Below, piece after piece: positions 1-9,384 of a DNA stretch of 64,000 nucleotides; the first letter of the stretch is position 1, and the number at the start of each line of letters is the position of its first letter. Source of the stretch: Cyanophora paradoxa CCMP329. Taxonomy: Eukaryota > Plantae > Glaucophyta. The stretch is taken from NCBI GenBank assembly GCA_004431415.1, contig QPMI01000024.1, forward strand, positions 23,772 through 87,771, given 5' to 3'. The notes beneath the pieces were generated by a model. That model had not been told where the DNA came from, searched no databases, and worked only from the letters and a program-made list of their open reading frames with translations. Position numbers and translations under genes: made by a program.

Positions 1-882
1 CCCAGGTCTGGGGAGCTCCGGTGTAGGAGAATGTAGCCAGAACAGGAGCGGTTGCAGTAGTTGCGCTTGTTGACGACGATGGGGGGCCTTCCTCGCCAAT
101 CTGATTGACACCCTTGACGATGTAAGTGTAAGTGGTTTCATAGGCTGTTGTTGTATCCGAATACGGGCTGCTGGTGTCGTTCGCAAGGAAAACGCCGTCC
201 CTGTAGATGTTGTAGGAGACGGTGACGCCCATCGCCGGCGCGGACCACGCAAGCACCACAGGCTGGGCTGCCCCGCCGTTGGAGTTGCAGTGAGCCCGGT
301 GGGCGCCCCCGGGTCCGTTGTGACGTAGACTGTAATGCCCTTCGGCCCCTCGCCCCCCGAGTTCGTCGCGGAGACCTGGAACTCGTACCCCGTACCCCAG
401 ATCGTGGTCGCGTCGCTGTAGGAGTTGGTCGCGGAGGTTGCGAGGTAGGCCCCGCCCCTGTAGATCTTGTACCCCGTCGCTCCCATGGACGCCGTCCAGG
501 TGAGGCTCACAGGCTGCTGCTGGTCGTTGGGCGCGCTCGCAATCACGTTCGTGGGCGCGTTCGGTACCGTCCAGGCCAATATCGGGTCGGACTTTTCGTA
601 CTCGATGCCGCCCACAACGGGTGCTACCTGGTAGGAGTACTGCGTGCCGCGCACCAGGGAGTTGCTGTCGTCCGTGTACGAGGTCGATAGCGCATTGTTT
701 GCGATGCCGTTAAATGCACCATCCCTGTAAATGCGAATCTCGTCGACGGGGTCCACGAAGGCCTCCCAGTTGATGGTGACAACCACAGTGGGGAGGGGTA
801 CGGACTGCGATGTGGGGCCTCCCCCCGCAATGAAATCGCCGTAGGTTTGGGAGGTGGAGGATGTGAGCGACGTGGGCATCAT
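1..882 (-). CDS. Multi-fibronectin type III domain protein (runs off window; one frameshift near 275)
   Basis: Manual translation gives three FN3 units: VTINW..IRIYRDG..YTD..YSYQV; PNAPTNV..VSLTW..GYKIYRGG..YEFQVSATNSGGEG; VVLAWSAP..YNIYRDG..YTYIVKGVNQIGEEG. Absent from the ORF track. Confidence 0.85.
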   Translation of the reverse strand, partial: MMPTSLTSSTSQTYGDFIAGGGPTSQSVPLPTVVVTINWEAFVDPVDEIRIYRDGAFNGIANNALSTSYTDDSNSLVRGTQYSYQVAPVVGGIEYEKSDPILAWTVPNAPTNVIASAPNDQQQPVSLTWTASMGATGYKIYRGGAYLATSATNSYSDATTIWGTGYEFQVSATNSGGEGPKGITVYVTTDPGAPTGLTATPTAGQPSLWCLRGPRRRWASPSPTTSTGTAFSLRTTPAARIRIQQQPMKPLTLTSSRVSIRLARKAPHRRQQAQLLQPLLFWLHSPTPELPRPG

Positions 883-930
883 GATACTGACAATGGGGCA
901 CCGCGATCTTCATATGTCCCCCCGAGTCGG

Positions 931-1206
931 TCAGATCCGGTAGGAGAAGACCGTGTAGAGGTAGAGGCGACCAGGGAGTAGGTTGGAGTTCGTGAATGGT
1001 GAAGTGACATTACTGAAAATGATAGGGGTGCCCGTTATACTTCCAACCGTGCGACTCACACCATAGCCTTCCGCTTCAGCGGCAGGGGACCACACAATCA
1101 AAGCCGCAAACTGACCAGGCACGCGCGTAACCGACACGTTCTGTGGGGGTCCAAGGGGACGTGGCCCTCTCCGCCTCATCAACACAATGCGCTTCACCCT
1201 CCTCAT
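931..1206 (-). CDS. Small single-FN3-domain protein with basic N-terminus
   Basis: PPQNVSVT..IVWSP..AEGYGVSR..LLPGRLYLYTVFS matches the FN3 pattern; ATG at 1206. Confidence 0.7.
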   Translation of the reverse strand: MRRVKRIVLMRRRGPRPLGPPQNVSVTRVPGQFAALIVWSPAAEAEGYGVSRTVGSITGTPIIFSNVTSPFTNSNLLPGRLYLYTVFSYRI

Positions 1207-1243
1207 TTCCCCCAAGTCCGAAAAAATATCTGCCCCGGTGTAA

Positions 1244-1924
1244 ATGACTTCCAACTGGTACCAGACCCTCAAAGGTGATCTGGATGTTGGTACCAACGCC
1301 AAGGATTTCGCACGCATCTCCTCTGGCAGCTACGTGGACGTCTTCCTGCAGAATCCCGTCGTGATTCAGGTCGTTCAGAACGCCTACGCCACGCCCAAGA
1401 TCTACTCCTACCAGCTCTTCTTCGACCCTTCCAGCCTCAGCGCAGAGGTCATTGAGCTGCTGCACGAATCCGGCCTCGTGAAAAAGGTGGCGCCTGCCAC
1501 GGCCACGGCCAACGTCTTGCGCTGTCTCGAGGTAAAGTTCAGGGAGACGGGGTACGGCCCCACCGTGAACCAGTACACCAGTACCGATCTGCCGGGTACG
1601 GGTGCGTACACGGCGCGGGGTACGCTCAAGGGCGACGTACTCTTCACAAAATTCAATCCAAGTCCCGCCACCCTGGGGGCCCTCTACACGGGCGGCAACC
1701 CGCGCGAATCGAATCTGCCCCGCTTCCCCTTCACCTTTTTCAAGTTCCAGGTCTTCCCCCTTCCCTACGCCGCCGACCAGCCCCACTTCAGCACGGGCGC
1801 CAGCCTCTGCGCGGAGCTGCGCGAGTGCTCGATTTCCTACAGGCACACCACGGGCTCCGACGCCGTGCAGCCCGCGGCCCGCATCTCGGGCATCGGCAAC
1901 GACATCGCCCTCCTCTACGGATAA
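1244..1924 (+). CDS. Hypothetical 226 aa protein, paralogue of 1948-2748
   Basis: Intact ORF with GC3 bias; colinear motifs shared with the next ORF (QNPV, SGLvKK, LEvKF, NPR..PR..FT.F.F..F, G.sL.AEL.E). Confidence 0.8.
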   Translation: MTSNWYQTLKGDLDVGTNAKDFARISSGSYVDVFLQNPVVIQVVQNAYATPKIYSYQLFFDPSSLSAEVIELLHESGLVKKVAPATATANVLRCLEVKFRETGYGPTVNQYTSTDLPGTGAYTARGTLKGDVLFTKFNPSPATLGALYTGGNPRESNLPRFPFTFFKFQVFPLPYAADQPHFSTGASLCAELRECSISYRHTTGSDAVQPAARISGIGNDIALLYG

Positions 1925-1947
1925 TCTTTCTCATTTGAGGTCGCAAA

Positions 1948-2748
1948 ATGCCTGCTACTTCGAGCACCATCGTGAAAACCGTGGCTGCTTCCTCGATCGT
2001 CCCCGATTTCTACGGCAACGCCACATACGCGGCCAACGCAGGGACCGACAAGGTTGAGTGGGACGGAAGCTATGCCACCACGCTGACCGTGAAGGTCCAG
2101 AATCCCGTCATGCTGCGTGTCACCTCCAACGATTTCGAGAACCCCGCCTCCTGCTCCGTGTACGTGTACTTTGACATCGACTCGGGCGTGAGCGCGGACG
2201 AGGCCGAGGCCCTCTGGCTCTCCGGCCTCCTGAAAAAGATAGAGCCCTCCGTCCCCGACAGGCCCGCGATCCGCGTGCTTGAGCTGAAGTTCACCGCCAA
2301 TACTGCCCTCACCCGCACCTTTAACGGAGGCTCCAAGACCCACATAGACGGCGCCGCCATCGATGCCACTCACAAGACCACGCAGGCCGTCCCCTTCGAG
2401 ATGTACAACCTCTGGAAGATGACGGCAAAGGAGATGATGACGAATGCCACCACGGCCGGAGCATCGGGTACCGATTTTTCCTACGGCTCCTCGAATCCCC
2501 GTACCCAGGTCTGGCCCCGGCTCCTCTTCACGAAATTCACTTTCCGTCTGTTCAACAACATCGCCGGAATGCCCACATCAGGGATGGTCGTGGGCTCTAC
2601 CCTCATGGCCGAACTAATCGAGGCAGAGGCGGACTACACGACTGCGACTACCAACTCGACAGCGCCAGGCGCCGGGGCCGAAGTCTACGTATCCTGGGCC
2701 ACGATCGGTCGCGAGTACGACACTAAGATTCACACCACTAGCGTCTAG
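1948..2748 (+). CDS. Hypothetical 266 aa protein, paralogue of 1244-1924
   Basis: Intact ORF with the same motif series (VQNPVML, LSGLLKKI, VLELKF, SNPRTQVWPRLLFTKFTFRLF, GSTLMAELIE). Confidence 0.8.
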   Translation: MPATSSTIVKTVAASSIVPDFYGNATYAANAGTDKVEWDGSYATTLTVKVQNPVMLRVTSNDFENPASCSVYVYFDIDSGVSADEAEALWLSGLLKKIEPSVPDRPAIRVLELKFTANTALTRTFNGGSKTHIDGAAIDATHKTTQAVPFEMYNLWKMTAKEMMTNATTAGASGTDFSYGSSNPRTQVWPRLLFTKFTFRLFNNIAGMPTSGMVVGSTLMAELIEAEADYTTATTNSTAPGAGAEVYVSWATIGREYDTKIHTTSV

Positions 2749-3103
2749 ACTGGCTAAGCTGCATTAGTGCCTGCGCCGCCTCCATCATCTCCCGAATCTC
2801 CTCGCTCTTCTCCTGTAAATTGGCGTACCCCCTCCTCTTCTTGCGAATCTCCGACATTGATGCCCAGCGCAGGTTCTCCCTCCTGTAGTCCAGCGGGTTG
2901 CCGTTGATGTGTTCCACGTAGCGTCCACGTGGCGACTTCCCGAGGATCAGTTGGGAGAGGTAGTGCTTGCGCCCTCCGAATGTCTTGCTCACCCTGTCCC
3001 TGTCCACTCGCCAGGGAAACTCCAAGGCACTCGGGGGTACGTCCGAGTTGACCAGGACGTTGTAGGCGACGTCTTGTGAGTCGGTGCACCGGAGCAGGGC
3101 CAT
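2738..3103 (-). CDS. HNH endonuclease (HNH_3-like)
   Basis: YVEHINGNPLDYRRENLRWAS matches the VDHINGNxLDNRxxNLR pattern, with D->E and N->Y substitutions. Confidence 0.8.
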   Translation of the reverse strand: MALLRCTDSQDVAYNVLVNSDVPPSALEFPWRVDRDRVSKTFGGRKHYLSQLILGKSPRGRYVEHINGNPLDYRRENLRWASMSEIRKKRRGYANLQEKSEEIREMMEAAQALMQLSQSRR

Positions 3104-3126
3104 TTTGCCCTAGGTTCAGAAAAACC

Positions 3127-3173
3127 TGGGACTTGGGACTTGGGACTTGGGACTTGGGACTTGGGACTTGGGA
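3127..3173 (+). repeat. (TGGGACT)x~6.7 array
   Basis: Perfect 7-mer tandem followed by GGAAGAGTT. Confidence 0.95.
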
Positions 3174-3598
3174 AGAGTTGAAACCCAGGTCCCGGCCCAG
3201 ACTTTCTCCAGGATCAGAAATTTGTCAGACAAGTCAGGTGAGTTTTTCTACCGACTTTTTTACTCCTACCACCCCTCATACTCTTTTTTACTCGTAGTCT
3301 TTTTTACTCGTATCCCATCTCGTACCCTCCTTCTCTCGACATCTCACACGAAAACTCCTACCCCTCTTCACATCCGTTTTCGGTTGCATACTCTCGTGAG
3401 CTTTCATGTCCAGTATCATGCTACAAGTCGTACACCAGTTCAGACTTTACCTCGCTTGAAATCTCACCTGGAATGTCACCAGAAACGTCATATGCAGATT
3501 TCTGTACCCCTCTACATGTCTGCCCGGTGGTTAGGGACTTGGCGCGGCAAACTCTCAGATCCAGAGAGATTCTGGCCCCAGACCCTGAGTCTAACTCT

Positions 3599-3631
3599 TC
3601 CCAAGTCCCAAGTCCCAAGTCCCAAGTCCCA
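3599..3631 (-). repeat. (TGGGACT)x~4.7 array, inverted relative to 3127-3173
   Basis: Perfect 7-mer tandem with the same GGAAGAGTT flank on the minus strand. Confidence 0.95.
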
Positions 3632-3704
3632 GGATCGCGCCAAGTCATAACTGAATAGTCGGCCAATTTTTACAAGTATGTACAATGGAATGACGCAATA
3701 CTAT

Positions 3705-4748
3705 TTACAGCATCTCAAAGTCAGAGTCATCGTCATCGGAAACCAAGTCAATCGGGGCCTCGGGCGCCGACTTAAGGGGAATGCGGGGAAGGGCCTGCGC
3801 TGCCTGCACTAAGTCCTGCCGCTCCTGCTCGCGCTGCGCCGCCAAGGCCGCTGCCGCCTCTGCCTCGCGCTGCCGCTGTGCCTCGATGCGCGCCTTGAGC
3901 TCGGCTGCCTCCTTCTGCTTGCGCTCGGCAATCTTGGCCAACGTCATCTCGCGACGAAGAAGGCGCTCGTGACGCAACTTGCGCCGGAGTTCGGCCATTT
4001 CGCGCTTGGCGATGATGCGCTTCTCAATGGTCTTGACGTGCTGAGTCAGGCGCTCGGTGTAGTGTGACGTCACACGAGAACGGGCAATGCCAGCGCCGAG
4101 CTTCAAGTCCTTGGCGTTTTCCTTGGCGGGGTCCTTGACGCGCTCGGAGTTGTCGGTGAATGACGTAGTCTCCATGAACTTCTTCTTGACGATTGACTTG
4201 GTCTTGATAATGCGGCGCTTGCGAGTCGGGTTTTCGTTGTCGCCTTCAGAGTCAGAAGACGACTCAGAGTCGTATGGAATCGGCACGTCAAAGTCGATGA
4301 AGTCGTTGATGTCAGACTCGACGTCAGAGGCCTCGGACTTGGCGTCATCGGCGGGCTCGGGGGCGGGCTCGGCGACGGGCTGAGGGGCAGATGACGACGA
4401 TGACGGAGGGGGGAAATTCGTGAAGACTTGAGGGGGATAGGCCCAGGCGAGCGTCTCGGCGGCAGACTCTGCGAAAAGCTTGGGGTCGCCCCAGCCAGTG
4501 GGAGTCTTGACCCAGCCGGGGACGGGGGGCACGTCGACGGGGGGCTCGGGCTTGGGCTCGGGCTTGGGTTGCTTGGACTTGGGCAGGATGGCGGGTACAA
4601 AGTTCAACTGGAGACTGCGGTTGTAGGTTTGGTAGAGGTACCCCAGCTTGCGGGCACGCTTCTCCATGGCAGGGGTAGGCCAAAGCCCGGACTTGTGCAG
4701 ATCGCAGGCCTTGGCAAAGTCCTCGACAAGCTCAGAGGGAATCGACAT
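3705..4748 (-). CDS. Hypothetical protein with Pro-rich, acidic and coiled-coil segments
   Basis: Intronless ORF of about 347 aa from ATG 4748; coding-like codon use; acidic DLVSDDDDSD tail. Confidence 0.7.
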   Translation of the reverse strand: MSIPSELVEDFAKACDLHKSGLWPTPAMEKRARKLGYLYQTYNRSLQLNFVPAILPKSKQPKPEPKPEPPVDVPPVPGWVKTPTGWGDPKLFAESAAETLAWAYPPQVFTNFPPPSSSSSAPQPVAEPAPEPADDAKSEASDVESDINDFIDFDVPIPYDSESSSDSEGDNENPTRKRRIIKTKSIVKKKFMETTSFTDNSERVKDPAKENAKDLKLGAGIARSRVTSHYTERLTQHVKTIEKRIIAKREMAELRRKLRHERLLRREMTLAKIAERKQKEAAELKARIEAQRQREAEAAAALAAQREQERQDLVQAAQALPRIPLKSAPEAPIDLVSDDDDSDFEML

Positions 4749-4768
4749 CTGCGCAAAGGGAAAAGAGA

Positions 4769-5515
4769 TCAGCGAAGGCAAAACGTGAGGTGACTGAGAG
4801 CGCGGACTTGTGAAAATTCGGAGAGGCAGGGTTTCCTTGGGCTGAGAGAAGGCGGCGAACCCGTTTCAAGAGTGAGCCAAAATGGCGGCGGACCACGGTT
4901 TTGTGGGCGAATTTTTTCCCGGGCTAGTTTGCAGCAGAAACGTTGCGAACTGGCCTGAAAAAAGCCAAATTTAGCGTTGGACCGAAGGCAGAAAAAGGGA
5001 GCCGGCCTGACGGAAATCGCCCGAGTGCGTCCGCCGAAGGTCGAGTCTCGGGCCGGGGGTACACCCTCAGGGGCCCCCCCTGGCCCCTCACCCTGGTAGT
5101 ACCCTCTCAAAGGGATTTTCGAAGCCGTACAATTCTTGGTAAGTCTCGTAATCCGGGCTGTACCCCTCACAATCTGCGGGAGCCCCATTGAAAGCCTCCG
5201 TCTATCCTCTCTCAATTCCCTGCGGAAAAGTCTACGGTCTTCTCGAGCTTCGCGCGTCACGCCAGCTGGGCGTGGTCTATGATTGTTAGGGTTGTCGTAG
5301 CCTGGCCCCACCAGCCTCACGAAATTTTCGCGTATGGCCTCGGGGAGACTCTGGAAACGGTTCGTTGCGTGGAACTCAATCCATTCATTGAATCGACGCG
5401 GATATTGACGGATGACTTCAAGCACGCCCTGTGTGTTGGGCTCTGGTGTTATGTCGGGAATGTCATGTCCTGTGAGGTGCCAACGCCAGAACTCGCGCAG
5501 CCTCTCGAATGCCAT
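4769..5515 (-). CDS. Hypothetical protein (MAFERLREFW...)
   Basis: N-terminal ~130 aa look protein-like; the 3' part may be read-through into non-coding sequence. Confidence 0.4.
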   Translation of the reverse strand: MAFERLREFWRWHLTGHDIPDITPEPNTQGVLEVIRQYPRRFNEWIEFHATNRFQSLPEAIRENFVRLVGPGYDNPNNHRPRPAGVTREAREDRRLFRRELREDRRRLSMGLPQIVRGTARITRLTKNCTASKIPLRGYYQGEGPGGAPEGVPPARDSTFGGRTRAISVRPAPFFCLRSNAKFGFFQASSQRFCCKLAREKIRPQNRGPPPFWLTLETGSPPSLSPRKPCLSEFSQVRALSHLTFCLR

Positions 5516-5611
5516 ATGCAACTCAAAGGGAAATCGTAATAGAGATTGCCTGACATTTTTCTCCCCTCCGAAAATTTCCCCGTTTTGAGTCCAGACTCTG
5601 ATTCCAACTCT

Positions 5612-5679
5612 TCCCAAGTCCCAAGTCCCAAGTCCCAAGTCCCAAGTCCCAAGTCCCAAGTCCCAAGTCCCAAGTCCCA
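5612..5679 (-). repeat. (TGGGACT)x~9.7 array
   Basis: Perfect 7-mer tandem with the same GGAAGAGTT flank. Confidence 0.95.
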
Positions 5680-6330
5680 GTTTTCTCCCATTTTGACTCG
5701 AGATTCTGCCCAAGTCCAAATCCGGGCCCGGGATTCGAACCCTCGTTTTGGGTCGATTTCACGCGTGAAAAACGCACTTTTCGGCCTTTTCCGATTTTTC
5801 CTTTCTCGCGATCGCAGAAATGCCCCCGATCTCGAAATCGCGATCGAAAAGGGTCGCGATCGGGAGAAAGTCGCGATCACCAGGGTCGCGATCGGCTCGT
5901 GATCGCCGCGATCGCCAGCCTCGGAAGGGGTACCCCCACAGCTGTTGCGGCGGTTATAAGAACCTCCGCAATCCAAGCGTCACTTCCGAGTCTCGAGCTC
6001 TCGGAGTTGACTTTTCGCGTTTGGCCCATTGATGGCCCTCCTATATATTGAATATATATTTCCCGCCTGCTAAAGCCGGGAATTCGTAGGGGTAGTCCCG
6101 TCTCCGCCATCAATAAAAGCCCTGTCAAGAGTCAAGACTGATCGACCTACTAAAGTTTTACCAGCTTAAGCTTCTAGCGCTAAACTGGCATTTTTGGCGA
6201 AGTACTAGCTAATTACTTTCCTGTACTAAATTAACTGGTTCTCCAGTATATAATAAAAATCTGGCGCATTAATTAAGTGTTTTACCGTTCTGAGCTCGAC
6301 TCGGCGAGACTTGTGAGTAAGTTGTGACTG

Positions 6331-6418
6331 AGGCCGAAAACCGGATACGCTAGAGACGGAACTTTCTCAAGTCCCTCCGGTATCCGGTCGGTATCGGCCG
6401 GTATCCGGTTTTCGGCCT
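6331..6418. repeat. 88 bp unit with perfect 18 bp inverted termini
   Basis: AGGCCGAAAACCGGATAC ... GTATCCGGTTTTCGGCCT; no clean TSD. Confidence 0.7.
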
Positions 6419-6488
6419 GACTCATGATCAGCTCATGATCAGATCATCGGATTCAGCTGCAGTGAGTCCAGTGCCAGTGACTGCCAGT

Positions 6489-6966
6489 TAGTGCTGTCGT
6501 CAGTCAGTCCCCCGGCTGACCCAGTCCGTCAGCCCCCCTGACTGTGACTGAATCAGTCAACCCGAGGTTCAGTCAGGCTACCGTGCAAAAGCCGGGAAAA
6601 ATGACCAGGAAATTGGCAGGAATTGACCCAAGCGCGATCTATCTACTTCATTCAAGTTGCCAAGCATCAGGCCAGGCACGTTATGCGAGCAGAGAGGACG
6701 AGAAAAGGAGATTCGGCCCCCGCCAGGCGCACGTCAGACTCCATTAGCCTCTTACCATGCACATGGGCGGTCTTTTGAAGATTTCGACGACAGAAGATCA
6801 TTTTTTGGTCGACCCACGTCAGCTTTAGATGGAAAAAGCCCGCAGGGGGGCACGCTCCCAGCAGGGTGTTGTATGGGACTGAGAAAACGTCAGTCAGCCA
6901 AAAGCTGACCCAGTGAGGTCAGTCAGACCCTCTGACTGTGACTGTCAGTGACTGACGACAGCCCTA
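6489..6966. mobile_element. Non-autonomous hAT-type MITE (478 bp)
   Basis: 18 bp TIRs (TAGTGCTGTCGTCAGTCA / TGACTGACGACAGCCCTA, 17/18 match); perfect 8 bp TSD CTGCCAGT at 6481-6488 and 6967-6974; subterminal CAGTC/GACTG repeats. Confidence 0.9.
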
Positions 6967-7047
6967 CTGCCAGTGAGTTTGCTCACCGTACTTACTAAAT
7001 TATCTTCATCATATATATGCATATATATGGATTGCAACTGGCAAATT

Positions 7048-8707
7048 CTATCTTTTTGCATGCCCCTCCCGCCTCTACGTCCCCGGTCTCTTTGCGTCTG
7101 CATCCACTTTCCCGGATCCGCTTGCAGGCCCCCTCGCCTCCAGAGCTCGCCATCACTTCGGCCTCCCTCGCCTCCGCTCTCGATTCTCCATACCCTTCGA
7201 ATAGCCGCCTCCTCTCTCCTCCTCCGCCCTCCCTCCCCCCTCGAGCTCCGGGTCCTCGGCCTCTGCCCCGCTTCCGAGTGTTGGCGAGACTGTCCTCTTT
7301 TCGATCTCCCCGTCATTCCGGCTCCCTGCTCCCCTTCGGCGCCTCGGGTCCCATCTGCGGGTCCTATCCCGCTTCCTGGCGCTCGTGAGATTCGCCGCCG
7401 GCGCCCTCGTCGGGCCCTTGCGCCCTCGAGCTCGTCTCTCTCTGCACCGCCCATGGCCATGACCTCCGTGTCATCTGATCCGGCGCCACCCGACCTTTCT
7501 CCTGCTTTGCTGCCCTCTCTTCGGCGCCGGCAGCGATCCCCGTCACCTGCTCGTGGCCTTCCCTGCCTCCGACCCTTCCTCGGCCCCCTCCTCGCCTCTT
7601 CCGTCTCGTCGGCCCCCGCCGCATTCCCGTCGGCGGATCTCTCGATCGACCCTGGACTCTCCGCCTGCCACTGTCTGCGGGGTACCTCCGCCGCCGTGTT
7701 TGGCGCCGGCTGTCAGTACTTTGCTCGGTAGCTCCCCCGTCGTGGCTCCTCGGGGGCCTCTTCGTCGTCGTCGTTCGCTGGGTTCCGGCTCCGGGTCAGA
7801 TTTCTCGCCGGGCTTACCTTCTCCTGGCTCTGCTCCTGGGCCCTCAGCTCCGGGACCGGCTTCCCCGATCTCCTTCCGGACTCGTGGTCGTACCCGTCGC
7901 CGGCTTGCCGAGCCTGCGGCTCCTTCTACTTCCCCCGGCGGTTTGCCGGGCCGGACCCTCCGGCCTTTGTTCTTGATACCGGACTACCGCCTTTGTCCTT
8001 GTCTTCTGCTTCGCTGGTCGCGATCGTATCCCGCCGGCGCCGGCGTACTTCTTCGTCTTCTAGTTTAGTTCGGTCTGGTTCGGATTCTGATCGTAGTGTT
8101 GATGCTAGAGTTAGTTTCAATACTAGCTATAGTCCTCGTGCTCGACCTGTTGTTCGCCGTCGTTTGCAGTTCGATTGCCCGCCTCGACCCGGCCGGCTTT
8201 AGTGATTCCTTTGACTGTTCTTTTGCCTGCTCTTGATCCGCCTGCTCCGCCTCCTGTGTCCTCCTCGACCTCGTGCCGTAGCTCTGCCCTTTCGCATCGT
8301 CCTGCTTCGCCTCCGCCTCCATGTCGTCTTGTTGTTCCTCTTACTTGTCTTCTTCCTGTTATTTATCTTTCTCAATTTTGTCCCCGCTTCTTAGTGATGT
8401 AATTCCTTCTGATATTGATGGTATCTCTAGCTCTGGCTCTTCTTCGTGTCAGTTATCCTCTAGCTCTGGCTCTTCTTCGTGTCAGTTATCCTCTGTCCCT
8501 AGATCTGCTCGATTTATCGTCTCTTCTCGCAATCGATCTGTCTCGAGCTCTGTGTCTTTCCTTTTTTATTGTCGATTTTGGCTCTTTGTCTTATCTTTCT
8601 TCGTGCTCTTGTCTTAGTTATTTTGCTTTTTTGTCTCTATGCCCCCTGGGCAGCCCCCGCAGTGCTGGTGTCTAGAGACTGTGGCCGGTAATTCACCAAA
8701 AAAAAAA
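7048..8707 (+). mobile_element. 5'-truncated LINE copy (3' region + poly-A)
   Basis: Near-identical to 30761-32428; ends ...AATTCACC(A)n. Confidence 0.95.
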
Positions 8708-9384
8708 TTTGATCATCGGATCATGGTCCATGGATTCATGGTCGAATCGACTCGGCGATAATATAACTGACTCGAGCTCAGTCGACGTCTGACTGTTAAA
8801 GTGAGCAACTCGCGTCGTCTCGCGATCGAAATTCATCGAATTCGAAGTTGAGCTCACTGGCTCAGATTTTCAATCAAGACTCAAGAGTCTCTCGAGTCTC
8901 ACAAAAAATCAACAAAAAGGTGTCCAATAAATTAATGTGTGATTTTCTCTTTTTTCTGTACGTAATTTTATAAACTGAAATCGAACTTTTAATAGAAAGC
9001 ACGAATTTGTTTAAAAAGAACTACTTCAAGAATTGATTTGTAGATTCATTTACAAATGATGAATGCTCGACGGATGAATTCGTTTACCGAACAAAATAAC
9101 CGTTTGGCAAGCCTTTTTGTGAACTTGCGAAGAACACGCGAACCGATTTGCATTCGCGATTGAATTGTGACTCAATTTGTGAGCCGTCGATAGCTACCGG
9201 TATAGCCTCAGAGGCTCAGACTGACAGTCATGATCAGTGACAGACTCTCGAGCTCACTGAGTCAGCGGCAACCTGAGCCAGCCTGAGTCGGGACTCCGGG
9301 AAATATTTAGTATACTAGTACTGTATATTTATACTATGATATACGATAGTACCAAAGTTTTGAGGCCCGCCTTAGGCCGCCTAC

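Larger units (their letters stand above)
1..6100. mobile_element. Putative endogenous DNA virus / Polinton-like element segment (open on the left; right boundary approximate)
   Basis: Tightly packed intronless ORFs (short gaps, one overlap) in an otherwise intron-rich genome; FN3 and HNH genes; iteron-like repeats. No capsid, packaging ATPase, pPolB or integrase seen. Confidence 0.5.

Noticed and set aside
3127-5679. True chromosome telomere
   Set aside because: Arrays are short, internal and in both orientations.
3076-5976. ORFs containing GLGTWDL or SQVPSPK repeats
   Set aside because: Translations of the 7-mer arrays.
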